Shown here: positions 53,015 to 62,905 of the stretch, one piece after another | Layout of the letters: each line of letters starts with the position of its first letter | Position numbering within the stretch: position 1 is the first letter of the stretch | Origin: Methanobacteriota archaeon | GTDB lineage: Archaea; Thermoplasmatota; E2; DHVEG-1 | DNA length: 64,000 nucleotides | Direction: 5' to 3' | Assembly: GCA_963769885.1 (NCBI GenBank) | Contig: CAVYNH010000006.1 | Coordinates: 32,001-96,000 of the forward strand | Translations under genes and position numbers: made by a program | The notes under the pieces: generated by a model | The model's input: the letters and a program-made list of their open reading frames with translations, nothing else | Databases searched by the model: none | What the model was told of the DNA's origin: nothing

Positions 53015-53638
53015 TTACTCGATGACGATGGAGTTGATGATGATGTCGGTATTAGGCCTCCCGGTCCCATCGCTGCCGATGGCATGGGGCTGAACTGCGA
53101 TTGTATGGACGACATCAAGACCTTCTATCGTTCTACCAAATGCAGCATACTTCCCGTCCAAGGATGGTTGGGCACCGTCACAAATAAAGAATTCGGCACT
53201 TCCACCAATTCCGGCACCCGTACTTGCCATAGAGATTGTCCCATTTAGATGCTTCACATCACTAGACTCAAACGCAATCTGCCCGAACGGATCCATCTTC
53301 TGCGTCCCATTGGGCCAATACCCACCACCCTGAATCATGAAACCAGCATTAATCCGATGGAAGATCAACCCGTTGTAGAACCCCGCGTTCACCAGCCGCA
53401 CGAAATTATTCACGGTAATCGGCATTTTATCCTTATACAACTCGACACGAAACGTTCCCTCAGAGGTATTGAAAACTGCTACTGGATTTGGAGTCCTAGG
53501 ATACACCGCCCAGACCGCCACCACGGCAACGATAATGACAACAAGGACGATGCCGAGCTGGACGCCACGAGACGCAAAAGGACTCTTCTTCGGTTGCGGA
53601 GGGTTCGCCCGTTTACGAGAGGGGATTGCATCTGCCAT
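53015..53638 (-). CDS. Membrane-anchored cyclophilin
   Basis: N-terminal TM; FHRI..GFMIQGG, SMA, LDGKYAAFG. Confidence 0.92.
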   Translation of the reverse strand: MADAIPSRKRANPPQPKKSPFASRGVQLGIVLVVIIVAVVAVWAVYPRTPNPVAVFNTSEGTFRVELYKDKMPITVNNFVRLVNAGFYNGLIFHRINAGFMIQGGGYWPNGTQKMDPFGQIAFESSDVKHLNGTISMASTGAGIGGSAEFFICDGAQPSLDGKYAAFGRTIEGLDVVHTIAVQPHAIGSDGTGRPNTDIIINSIVIE

Positions 53639-53721
53639 AATGAAATCACTCGCTCCCGGTAAAACAAGGCTTCTGTATAAGCCTTTCTCCCTCAGAAAAA
53701 AGACCTAAAGCCCGGCTACGA

Positions 53722-56571
53722 TCAACCGATCGTGAACGACCCCACCGCCGACACGGCCGCGTTCCCAGCCGTGTCCCGCGCCACGACCCAATACGAGACC
53801 ACCGTCCCCGTAGGGAACTGCCCCAGCTCACAGCCGTACACCGGCAGGTTCGACTCATTCCGCAGCGGATCCTCCTCATGACGCGGCTGCACCGGGAAAT
53901 CCCCATATCGATACATCACCGCAGACGAATTCGACTCCCCGACCGAATACCACAAGACTACCGACCCAATCCGATATGGGCCGCCTGCGCTCATGTTCGC
54001 ATACATAACGATGTTGCTCGTATTCACCGGCGACACCGGCCCCTGAACTACACTGAGGATCTCCGGCCCCCACGAATGCCCGCTCTCATTCACCGCAAAC
54101 CAGACCGACCGGACCGTCACCAGCCCCACGATATCGACAACCCGCACCGAAAGCAGATGGTCGCCAAGCGAGAGGTTCCCACAATCCAACGCAACCTCCC
54201 ACAACGCTGCACCCGTCGCCGGGCACCAGGACCCATTATCGACCCGGACATCAACCGCAACCACTCCCCCTGGATCAACACTCATCCCGGAGACATTCAA
54301 GACCCCCCGCACGATCACCGCCCCCGGCAATGGATTTAGAATCCGCAGGTCCGCCGGCGTCCGATCCTGCACCCGCGCAAAGGCCGAATCCTGCGCATCA
54401 CCGCACATCGCGATAATCTCATAGAGCCCTGGACGCACCCCCGACGTGTTCCAGACATAGGACCAAAACCCATCCACGGGCGTCACCTGGTACTCCGCAC
54501 AGCCGACCCGCAGCGTCACCGGCCCGGACGCCATCCCATCAATATTGATCGAGGACCCGACCTCGAAGATAGGGATGTCGTAAAGCATCCCAGCGAGGGG
54601 AAAAATCTGGACATGCGACGTCTCGGACGGCGCCCACGCCTGAAGATCCAGCTCGACATCGAGAGTCGTCAACACCCCCGGGTTGTGCACGACCAGGAAC
54701 CAATCCTGCAGCCGCGCCGAACAGTTCACAGACACCTCGTCACCCGAAACGACACCATAGCCAAGGAACACCTTGCCCGCCTGGTACTTCGCAAGGTTCC
54801 CCGCATCGACCCAGAAACATTCGACAAGTCCAGGGACCTCATACGTGCCACTCCCGCTCGTGAGGAAATTCTGCGGGCGTTGAAACCCTGTGCTGGCGAC
54901 CTGAAGCAGGAACCGGCAGTCCCCCGACGGCATCGTCCGATGACGCATCACCATCGGCGTGTGGGAATAATCGGCGAGGACCACCGTGAACGTTTTATCC
55001 ACAGGGCTTGACAGCGACCGCAGGACGTTATGTCGTGCCAGTTGCCAGGGAGCCCGAACATTCCCTGACTGGACCAGGAACACATACTCCATGTGTTTCC
55101 CCAGCTGGAAACTACAGTGGCCCGAGAGGTCCGTGTAGTTCCATGTGGTGATCGTCACGCCTTTGACTACATCCGGGATCTCATCGAACCGCTCCTGCAA
55201 ATGCGCGAATAAGACGGACAGCAGCTTGCCTTTCAGCAAGTCCGGCAGCCGGTCCCAACCCGCCTGGATCTTCCCCCAGATCAAGTCCTTGTAGTACGTG
55301 ATGTCCTTGGGACCCTTGACCAGGACGATAACCCTGGCCCCGTCCACCGGCTGCAGGAAGCCGTCCTTGACCTCAAAGCTGACCGTGACACGGTCCTCGG
55401 GATGGATGTACCGGGCGGTATCATCCTGGATGGTGTCATCCGGCCGCCAGGTGTAGATCGCGGACATGTTCTTGCCCCAGCCGTAGCCGTAGATGTCCGG
55501 CTCGTCGACGGCGCCGCCGCCGTCGCTCCACCAGTTGTCGTTCTCATGCCAGCCCTGGTGGTAGAACTCGCGCCAGACGTGGTCCTCACCGACATTGCAG
55601 GCAGGAATCGAGGGGATGAGGGCGGCCCGCTGGGCGGCGACCGCGATGCTCTGCAGCTCCCCGCACCAGCCATTGTGCTCGTGGGCGATGATGCTGGGCT
55701 TCCCGGGCCGGTCGCCGACCGCCTGGTTGGGCACGGTCTTGCCGACCCAGTAGCCGACGGCCTCGATCGCGGTCGGGTGCGCCTGGATGCTAGGCGTCCA
55801 GAGCCGCTGCGCCGGCTGGTAGTACGCCGTCGCGTCCCAGAGGTACTGGATGCCGGCGAGCTTCTCCTTGAGGAGGGGGTAGCCGAGGTCGTTGTGGTTC
55901 GTCAAGTAGGTGCGCCAGAGGAAGCCGTAGGTCGCGTCGACCTCGCTTCTGGTGAGCTTGGGGTGGACGATGTACCAGTAGTAGATCTCGGGTGGGAGCA
56001 GGAAGGTCTGGGGGGTGCCGTTGTCGAGGATGGTGTACTGGATGGTGGAGTAGTAGTTCCCGGTGTGGTCGTCGTAGTCTTTGATGTCGGCGTACTGGAT
56101 CCAGCGGTCGTTGTCGTAGAGGGTCTGGGCGTTTTCGAGGAGGAGGGCGGGGCTGGCGATCTTGCCGGAGGGGCTATAGGCGATGGAGAAGGCGATCTCG
56201 TCTGCGTATTGGGTGCTGGCGTTGATGAGCACGTCAGCATACGGCTGGGGGTCGGTGATGGTATGGAATTGGCGGATGAGGGCGGGTTGGATCCAGCGCG
56301 GGGATTTGGCGATGGCGGCGATGGTGGGTTGGGTGAGGTTGTCGTTGGCTAGGGGGAGTGGTTCCGGGGTGAGGGTCTGGTTCGTGGCGTTGAAGGCGAC
56401 GATGTAGTCGGCGCCTGGCGGGAGGGTGATGTGGGTGGAGAGGGCGGAGGTGAGGACAGGGGTGGCTTCGTGTGCCGTGGCGGTGAGTGTCGCGGGTGTG
56501 GTGAGGATGATGGTGATGAGGATGAGCAGGATCTTCGGTGGGCGTGAGCCGGCCCTGTGTCTGTTGAGCAT
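53722..56571 (-). CDS. Large secreted transglutaminase-like protein with C-terminal Ig domains
   Basis: Signal peptide; GWCGE, DHVWREF, W...D canonical Cys-His-Asp. Confidence 0.85.
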   Translation of the reverse strand: MLNRHRAGSRPPKILLILITIILTTPATLTATAHEATPVLTSALSTHITLPPGADYIVAFNATNQTLTPEPLPLANDNLTQPTIAAIAKSPRWIQPALIRQFHTITDPQPYADVLINASTQYADEIAFSIAYSPSGKIASPALLLENAQTLYDNDRWIQYADIKDYDDHTGNYYSTIQYTILDNGTPQTFLLPPEIYYWYIVHPKLTRSEVDATYGFLWRTYLTNHNDLGYPLLKEKLAGIQYLWDATAYYQPAQRLWTPSIQAHPTAIEAVGYWVGKTVPNQAVGDRPGKPSIIAHEHNGWCGELQSIAVAAQRAALIPSIPACNVGEDHVWREFYHQGWHENDNWWSDGGGAVDEPDIYGYGWGKNMSAIYTWRPDDTIQDDTARYIHPEDRVTVSFEVKDGFLQPVDGARVIVLVKGPKDITYYKDLIWGKIQAGWDRLPDLLKGKLLSVLFAHLQERFDEIPDVVKGVTITTWNYTDLSGHCSFQLGKHMEYVFLVQSGNVRAPWQLARHNVLRSLSSPVDKTFTVVLADYSHTPMVMRHRTMPSGDCRFLLQVASTGFQRPQNFLTSGSGTYEVPGLVECFWVDAGNLAKYQAGKVFLGYGVVSGDEVSVNCSARLQDWFLVVHNPGVLTTLDVELDLQAWAPSETSHVQIFPLAGMLYDIPIFEVGSSINIDGMASGPVTLRVGCAEYQVTPVDGFWSYVWNTSGVRPGLYEIIAMCGDAQDSAFARVQDRTPADLRILNPLPGAVIVRGVLNVSGMSVDPGGVVAVDVRVDNGSWCPATGAALWEVALDCGNLSLGDHLLSVRVVDIVGLVTVRSVWFAVNESGHSWGPEILSVVQGPVSPVNTSNIVMYANMSAGGPYRIGSVVLWYSVGESNSSAVMYRYGDFPVQPRHEEDPLRNESNLPVYGCELGQFPTGTVVSYWVVARDTAGNAAVSAVGSFTIG

Positions 56572-56849
56572 GAAGTGTTCCCCCATGGGAATAATTCGTC
56601 TAGGGCTATATAAATAGACTCGTTTCCTTATCGTTGAGGGGAGGACGAAACGGGGGTTCTCTCCCAATCTGCATCGTCGCTTTTCGCACGAACCCGCCCC
56701 TCGGCGAGGCGACGGTCCTGTTCTCAGGACTCAGGAGAAAAAAGGGCAAACCATTAATAGGAGAATGCCATCTTGTCCCCTAGAATAGTCTAATATATAT
56801 AAGGGATAAACGGACCCTTGACAGGGACTCCGGTAATAGGGGTAGCCGC

Positions 56850-58229
56850 ATGGAACAACCGACCTTTGAAGCGTACATCAAGAAGTTTGACGGATACCTG
56901 CAGAACTACTTCCCGCCGAAGGACGCCTGGACGCCGGCCGACGAGGCCGTCTACAAGCCACTCGATTTGTACCGCATCCCGCTCAAAGAAGCGCAGGACA
57001 TGCAGCTACGATCATTGAAATGGACATTCAATTATCAGTATACCAACAACCCGATGTACCAGAACTTCTGCAAAGAACGCACCATCAGCCCCTCGGACAT
57101 CAAGACCTCCGATGACCTGGTGAAGATCCCGCTCATCCCCGACACCTTCTTCAAAGACTATCCCACCGGCCGGGACTTCGCACTCTGGCTGGGTAACATC
57201 TTCACCGGCACCTTGCCCAAGATCGTCATCAAGCAAAAAAACCCGACCTACGACGAGGTCATCGACGCCTTCAACGAGACGGGCATGGTCGTCTCCTACA
57301 GCAGCGGCACCAGCGGGCGACACACCTTCATCCCCCGGGACCGCCGGACCTTCGAAATCTCCGAGTACACCGTCGCGAAAGGCGGCATCGCCATGATGTA
57401 CCCCCTCTGGGACCACAGCATGGACGGCATGCTCCTCATGCCCAACCCGAAACGGACGAACGTGTACGCCGGGAAGGTCTGCACCATCTACTTCGACCTC
57501 ATTCATGACGTCCAGGTCGCCATCGACCGGGACATCTCCACCGAGCTGATCCGCATGACCATGTCCGGGGAGAAAGGCCTGAAGGCCTCGGTGGTGAACT
57601 ACTTCGCGAAACGGGAGTCGGCGAAAATGGTCGACCTCATCATCCGCTGGCTAGAAGACAAAGAGAAAACCGGGGAGAAGATAGCGCTGGTCGGCGCCCC
57701 ATTCATCCTCTCAGTCGTCATGGACAAGCTGCAGCGGGAAGGCAAAAGCTTCGACTTCAACGAGCGCGGCGGCGTCGCCACGGGCGGCGGCTGGAAGGCC
57801 TTCGAAGGCCAACGCGTCCCCGTCGTCGAATTCCGCCGCCAGGTCGAAAAGGTCCTGGGAATCCCCGAGAAATACTGCCTCGACCTCTACGGGATGGTCG
57901 AAGGCAACGGCTGGATGACGCACTGCCCCGAAGGCCACTACCTCCACATGCCCTACTCCTACTACAAGGGACTCGTCCTTGACACCGAATACAAGCCGGT
58001 CGGCTATGGGGAATGGGGTCGGTTCGCCTTCCTCGACGCCGCCTCTTACAGCTACCCCGGGTTCGTCATCTCCGGCGACAAGGTCCGCATGCTGGAACAC
58101 TGCCCGGTCTGCGACCGGCCCGGGCCCGTCCTCGAGCCCGAGATTAAGCGCGCCGCCGGCGAGGACATCCGCGGTTGCGCCGAGGAAGTCCGCCGGATGC
58201 TCTCCACTGATCTTGGCAAAGAAGGCTGA
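56850..58229 (+). CDS. LuxE/PaaK-family acyl-protein synthetase
   Basis: Y..N..Y..FC, IP.IP...FK, SSGTSG, GGGWK, DLYGMVE, C-terminal RGC. Confidence 0.85.
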   Translation: MEQPTFEAYIKKFDGYLQNYFPPKDAWTPADEAVYKPLDLYRIPLKEAQDMQLRSLKWTFNYQYTNNPMYQNFCKERTISPSDIKTSDDLVKIPLIPDTFFKDYPTGRDFALWLGNIFTGTLPKIVIKQKNPTYDEVIDAFNETGMVVSYSSGTSGRHTFIPRDRRTFEISEYTVAKGGIAMMYPLWDHSMDGMLLMPNPKRTNVYAGKVCTIYFDLIHDVQVAIDRDISTELIRMTMSGEKGLKASVVNYFAKRESAKMVDLIIRWLEDKEKTGEKIALVGAPFILSVVMDKLQREGKSFDFNERGGVATGGGWKAFEGQRVPVVEFRRQVEKVLGIPEKYCLDLYGMVEGNGWMTHCPEGHYLHMPYSYYKGLVLDTEYKPVGYGEWGRFAFLDAASYSYPGFVISGDKVRMLEHCPVCDRPGPVLEPEIKRAAGEDIRGCAEEVRRMLSTDLGKEG

Positions 58230-58353
58230 CGGTCGTGCTGACCCCCGGGGAAATCAAAAGGAGCAGCGGTTTTCCCGGGTCTGGGTTGGGTTCCTGCTGC
58301 TCAGTAACATCGCGGTGACGGTGTTCGTGCTCGCCATCTTCGTGATCCGATAG
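58213..58353 (+). CDS. Small tail-anchored membrane peptide (46 aa)
   Basis: TTG start overlapping the end of the LuxE gene; C-terminal TM VWVGFLLLSNIAVTVFVLAIFVIR. Confidence 0.5.
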   Translation: MAKKADGRADPRGNQKEQRFSRVWVGFLLLSNIAVTVFVLAIFVIR

Positions 58354-58361
58354 ACCGTCCG

Positions 58362-59348
58362 CTACGTGGCTTTCTGGTGGTGGGTGGTGTACCAGGTGAC
58401 GGTGTCGTCGACGGTGTGGGTGAGGCCGTAGTGGGGCCGGTAGCCGAGGTCCTGTTCTGCCTTATGGGTATCCAGGATGCGGGTATGACCGAGGACTCTG
58501 ACCTTGTGACGAGTCAGGGGCGGCTCTTTGCGAGTCGGTAGAGAGAGGAGTTCGGCGAGGCAGGCGAGGGCGTAGGCCGCGGGGTAGGAGTGGTGTCTGG
58601 TGGAGTGGGGGATGTGGAGGGCGTCGGTGGCGGCGTCCATGAGCTGGCGGACGGTACAGTCGAAGCTTTTGACGTTGTAGGCGTGGCCGTTGGCGTGGCG
58701 GGTCTCGCCGGCGAGGAAGAGGCAGGCGGCGACGTCGCGGCCGTCGGAGATGCTGAGGGTCTGCTGGCCGTCGTCGATGGTGAAGAGCTGGTTGTGTTGG
58801 AGGGCGGTGATGAGGAAGGGGGCAGCGAGGCGGTCGCGGGGGCCGGTGACGAGCGCGGAGCGGACGGCGCTGACGCGCAGGTCGTGTTCCTTGCCGTATT
58901 TCCAGAGGAGTTGTTCGGCCTGGTATTTGCTCTCGCCGTACTTCGGGACGGGATGCGGAGGGGTGCTTTCGGTGATGGGGGCGGTGGTTCGTGGGAAGCC
59001 GTAGACGGCGGCGCTGCTCATGAAGACGAGTGTGGGGACTTTTTTGAGGACGGCGGCGTCGAGGAGGTTGCGGGTGCCGTCGCGGTTGGTGGTGAGGAAC
59101 CGGCGTCGTGGGCCCCAGTCGTGGGGGTCGGCGGCGAGGTGGAAGACGACGTCGATGTCCTGGCAGGCGGCTCTGAGGCTGTGGCGGTCGAGGAGGTCGC
59201 CGTCGGTGGTCTGGAGGTGCTTGCCGGCGAGGTGGGTGGTGCTGCTGGTGGGTCGTTTGAGGACGCGGACGTCGTAGCCTTCGGTGAGGAGGTGGTCGAC
59301 GAGGTGGCTGCCGATGAAGCCGGTGCCGCCGGTGACGAGGGCTTTCAT
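58362..59348 (-). CDS. Extended SDR, NAD-dependent epimerase/dehydratase (3-beta-HSD-like)
   Basis: TGGTGFIGS, FHLAA, SS.AVYG, YGESK. Confidence 0.92.
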   Translation of the reverse strand: MKALVTGGTGFIGSHLVDHLLTEGYDVRVLKRPTSSTTHLAGKHLQTTDGDLLDRHSLRAACQDIDVVFHLAADPHDWGPRRRFLTTNRDGTRNLLDAAVLKKVPTLVFMSSAAVYGFPRTTAPITESTPPHPVPKYGESKYQAEQLLWKYGKEHDLRVSAVRSALVTGPRDRLAAPFLITALQHNQLFTIDDGQQTLSISDGRDVAACLFLAGETRHANGHAYNVKSFDCTVRQLMDAATDALHIPHSTRHHSYPAAYALACLAELLSLPTRKEPPLTRHKVRVLGHTRILDTHKAEQDLGYRPHYGLTHTVDDTVTWYTTHHQKAT

Positions 59349-59447
59349 GGGGTGGTGGTATGCGGCTGTGGGGGTAAAAATGGTTTGGTTTTCGAGGTGT
59401 TGTTGTGGAAAGGCTAATATGGGAGAAGTGTCTCTTATGGGGGTTGT

Positions 59448-60425
59448 ATGGTTTCGTTTCATGAGATGAAGGACCGGGGGTATATCCCGCAGAAGACGTA
59501 TGCGAAGTTGATGATCGGCGGGGGGGTGACGTTGGCGAAGACGTTGTTGTTGAACCCGCGTGATCTGAAGAAGCTGCGGGTGATTCATCCTGGTGAGGAG
59601 CGGTTTGTGCGGCCGCCCCGGCTGTACGAGATCCCGCCGTACCGCGAGGGGATGCGGTGCGGGGTGACCGAGGAGAAGTATCTGCGGCCGACGCTGTTTT
59701 GCGACCCGTGCGCGCCTGATATCGTCGCGATGGCGCACACGCTGGGCGCGTTTCAGAAGTCTGAGTACGAGTATACGAAGGCGGCGTTTGAGTTCGTGAA
59801 GGAGAAGCTGGCGTTGGAGATCGGGCCGATGAACCCGGTGGACGAGACGCTGCGGCGGGGCTCCGGGACGTGTTTCCATTTGATTACCGTTTTTATCGCG
59901 TTGTGTCGCGCCGCGGGGATCAAGGCGCGGTACAAGATGTTCGCGATGACGATGATCAAGAGCTGGTACGACGCGCTGGTGGGCGCGGACCCCCTAGTGA
60001 AGAAGTGGTACAACTCCATGGGGTATTTCATGATCGAGGGGGAGGGCGAGGCGTTCGTGGATGGGAAGTGGACCGTTGCGCACGTCGGCCCGACCGCGGA
60101 GCGGCAGGCGTCCGCCGGGATCCCGATCACGACGTTCGGCGAGGACTCGATCGGCGTGTGGTTCTTCCCTATCCCGGGGACGATCATGACGATGGAGTCG
60201 ATCCCCTATGGCCTGGGCGGGTCGACGAAGCTGCTGCAGCGGATCGCGCCCGCGTCCATGGAGCGGGTGAACATCAGCATCCAGCGCCAGGAGGCGATGG
60301 GCCGCCGCGTCATCGAAGAGGCGGGGGGCGTCGCGGCCTATGATGCCATGGCGCGCAAGAAGCTTGGACCCAAGGGTCCGAGCATAGGCTTAACTAAGCC
60401 TCAGGCGATTTCCTTCGAAGGGTGA
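59448..60425 (+). CDS. Transglutaminase-like superfamily protein with an atypical triad
   Basis: YL.PT..C, AFEFVK, TL.RG.GTC, ALCRAAGI.ARY, E.FVDGKW. Confidence 0.85.
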   Translation: MVSFHEMKDRGYIPQKTYAKLMIGGGVTLAKTLLLNPRDLKKLRVIHPGEERFVRPPRLYEIPPYREGMRCGVTEEKYLRPTLFCDPCAPDIVAMAHTLGAFQKSEYEYTKAAFEFVKEKLALEIGPMNPVDETLRRGSGTCFHLITVFIALCRAAGIKARYKMFAMTMIKSWYDALVGADPLVKKWYNSMGYFMIEGEGEAFVDGKWTVAHVGPTAERQASAGIPITTFGEDSIGVWFFPIPGTIMTMESIPYGLGGSTKLLQRIAPASMERVNISIQRQEAMGRRVIEEAGGVAAYDAMARKKLGPKGPSIGLTKPQAISFEG

Positions 60426-60432
60426 AGCATCG

Positions 60433-61695
60433 GTGACACCGGGAAGACCTTCGAGTTTTTATGGAGTCGAACGCAGCCGCCGGTACCTCTGGTACGTCAT
60501 CGCGCTGATGGCGATGATCGCCCTGATGGACCAATACCTCTCCTTCATCGAGACCGTCGCGCTCCCTTCGTTTCTCAAGGACTTCCAGATCTCGGCTGAG
60601 ACGTTCTCCTGGTGGGAGGCCGTCTACTACATCCCGACGTTCTTCATCTTCCTGCTCAACGGCCTGACCGACATCATCGGCCGGAAATGGTCGATCATGA
60701 TCCTGTTCACCATGATGGGGTTCGCCTCCCTCGGCATGCTCATGGCCACGCCCTCGTTCCACTTCTTCATGCTCTTCCTCTCCATCATCACGTTCACCAC
60801 CGTCTCCAATATGTGGACCATCCCGGTCAGCGAGGAGTCGCCGGCAGACCAACGAGCCAAAATCATGGGCATCGTGTATGGAATCAGCCTCATCCCCCTG
60901 CCCGCGGTCCTCCCGCTCCTCATCAACCGGCTGGGCCTGGGCTGGCGCTGGTACTACGGCGCGATGTTCCTGTTCATGATCCCGGTCTTCCTCATGTGGA
61001 TCTTCATGCAGGAGCCGAAACGCTACCAGGTCATCAAAGAAGAACGACGGCTCGGGAAACGGAAGAAACACCTCTACGGGATCGGCGTCATTAACCGGGC
61101 AGACCTCAAATACCTGTTCTTCTCCGCGGCCGTCTGGATGTGCTGGCTCATCGTCTCCCTCATCGGCGGCAAATACATCAGCTACTACTTCGTCACGATC
61201 CATGGATACCCCCAGAACACCTTCCTCCTCATCTTCCTCGGCATCCTTCTCATGATGATGGTCGGCTCCTTCATCGGCGGCTGGACCATGGACAAAATCG
61301 GCAGAAAACGAGGCTTCCTCATCGGATGCCTCGGCCTCGCCGTCTTCATGGCCCTCATCGGACTCGTCAGCGTCGGAGTCGCCCAATACCTCGCCCTCCT
61401 CACGGGCTTCTTCCTCGGCTTCTCCTACACCTGGATCATCGTCTACATCCCCGAAATCTTCCCCACCGACCGCAGAGGCGCCCTCATGGGCTGGACCACC
61501 ACAGCCGCCCGCGGCTCCTACATCATCGGCCCCGTCGTCGCCGCCATCCTCCTCCGCCTCTTCCCCACCATGCAATGGTTCTGGGTCATCTCCGGCCTCA
61601 TCATGGTCATCCCCATCCTCCTGGTCCTGCTCTTCCACCCCTACGAGACGACCCACAAGGAACTGGAGATCATCGAACAACAGCGAGAAACCTAA
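60433..61695 (+). CDS. MFS transporter
   Basis: D.IGRK twice, EE.P...RA, PE.FPT..RG; about 12 TM. Confidence 0.92.
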   Translation: MTPGRPSSFYGVERSRRYLWYVIALMAMIALMDQYLSFIETVALPSFLKDFQISAETFSWWEAVYYIPTFFIFLLNGLTDIIGRKWSIMILFTMMGFASLGMLMATPSFHFFMLFLSIITFTTVSNMWTIPVSEESPADQRAKIMGIVYGISLIPLPAVLPLLINRLGLGWRWYYGAMFLFMIPVFLMWIFMQEPKRYQVIKEERRLGKRKKHLYGIGVINRADLKYLFFSAAVWMCWLIVSLIGGKYISYYFVTIHGYPQNTFLLIFLGILLMMMVGSFIGGWTMDKIGRKRGFLIGCLGLAVFMALIGLVSVGVAQYLALLTGFFLGFSYTWIIVYIPEIFPTDRRGALMGWTTTAARGSYIIGPVVAAILLRLFPTMQWFWVISGLIMVIPILLVLLFHPYETTHKELEIIEQQRET

Positions 61696-61777
61696 CCCGG
61701 TCTTTTATCTTGACTCCCGGATATCGGTAGGACCTGTACGACAACCCTTTTATACCCTGGGTGCCACAGGCCAAATC

Positions 61778-61927
61778 ATGGTCTTCGTCATCGAACGCAA
61801 AGACGGCACCCACATCCTCTGCGCCCCGCGCACCAAACGCCGCCCCAGCCGCCGCAGACTCATGGCCTTCCAACTCGTCATCGCCGTTACCTGCCTCTCC
61901 CTCGGCATCTGGCTCCTCTTGACATGA
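61778..61927 (+). CDS. Small tail-anchored peptide (49 aa)
   Basis: MVFVIERKDGTHILCAPRTKRRPSRRRLMAFQLVIAVTCLSLGIWLLLT; TTTATA about 25 nt upstream; local codon style. Confidence 0.55.
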   Translation: MVFVIERKDGTHILCAPRTKRRPSRRRLMAFQLVIAVTCLSLGIWLLLT

Positions 61928-62059
61928 CGCCCTGCCACAAGGAGACACGCTTTTAAATAACCGCCCCCATATTTTATTCACCACCGCCTCGAAAAAATTA
62001 TAAAACAGTACGCCCTAATAGACTACACAAGAAAAGAATCCACCAGGACGCACAGGCCC

Positions 62060-62356
62060 ATGATAAGCCTCAAAATCTACCACCACGGCGACAACCTCAT
62101 GATCGGCGCCTGCGACGAGCAACTCATCGGCAAGACATTCAAAGAAGGCAAATTCCGCCTCTGCGTCGACAAGAAATTCTACGACGGCGAACGCGTGGAC
62201 GCCACGACCCTACGACGCTTCCTGCAGGATGCGACCATCGCCAACCTGGTCGGCGCCGAAACCATCAAGATCGCGATTGAACTCGGACTCGTAGACCCCG
62301 AGTGCATCCTGAAGATCAAAGGCATCCCCCACGCCCAGGTCGTCTGCATGCTCTAA
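62060..62356 (+). CDS. DUF424 family protein
   Basis: ACD..LIGK.F.EG, FY.G, ANLVG, I.GIPHAQ. Confidence 0.9.
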   Translation: MISLKIYHHGDNLMIGACDEQLIGKTFKEGKFRLCVDKKFYDGERVDATTLRRFLQDATIANLVGAETIKIAIELGLVDPECILKIKGIPHAQVVCML

Positions 62357-62369
62357 ACCGACAACCCAT

Positions 62370-62828
62370 TCATTTTTCCAGGGTCTTCAGCCTCTTTTCC
62401 ATCGCCTCGTAGTGCGTCCCCTTCCAGTAGTACTTCCGGCATGACGGGCAGAACCAGAATTCCTTCTGCCGTTCGAAGACCCGAGGAGGAACATGCTCGT
62501 GAGCATCCTCTGGAGCCGCGGAAACAAGAGGCGAATTGCACAGGGTGCAACGGGTCAACACCCGACTCAAATCAAGTGAAAATGCGTCGATAACCTGGCG
62601 TAGGTGAGTCTCGAGGTCCGTACCATCGATCAGAAACGCGGAGACCCTGGTCTTTTTTGCCCTTGCCGCCAAAACCTTGTCCCGGGTAAGGAGGACGCGG
62701 CCCTCGGTCTCGGCCTGATGAAGAATCTCCTCATCGCTGGTTGTATTCGACGGGTACGACGTATCAACGCCGAGGATCCGCAGCCACGTCGCGAGGGTCC
62801 CCAGCATATGGTCGCAGAGCGCTTTCAT
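62370..62828 (-). CDS. Mut7-C RNase domain protein
   Basis: D.MLG.LA.WLR.LG.D, LLTRD, RC..CN, C..C.KYYW.GTH. Confidence 0.9.
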   Translation of the reverse strand: MKALCDHMLGTLATWLRILGVDTSYPSNTTSDEEILHQAETEGRVLLTRDKVLAARAKKTRVSAFLIDGTDLETHLRQVIDAFSLDLSRVLTRCTLCNSPLVSAAPEDAHEHVPPRVFERQKEFWFCPSCRKYYWKGTHYEAMEKRLKTLEK

Positions 62829-62905
62829 CAATTAAAAAGGAAGAGAATCAATACTATTTCAGTCTACTGATGAAATCAAGAAAAAAGGCGGAGAAAAAAA
62901 GAATT

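Noticed and set aside
56850-58229. Bioluminescence operon
   Set aside because: No luxA/B/C/D; LuxE homologs are widespread outside luminous bacteria
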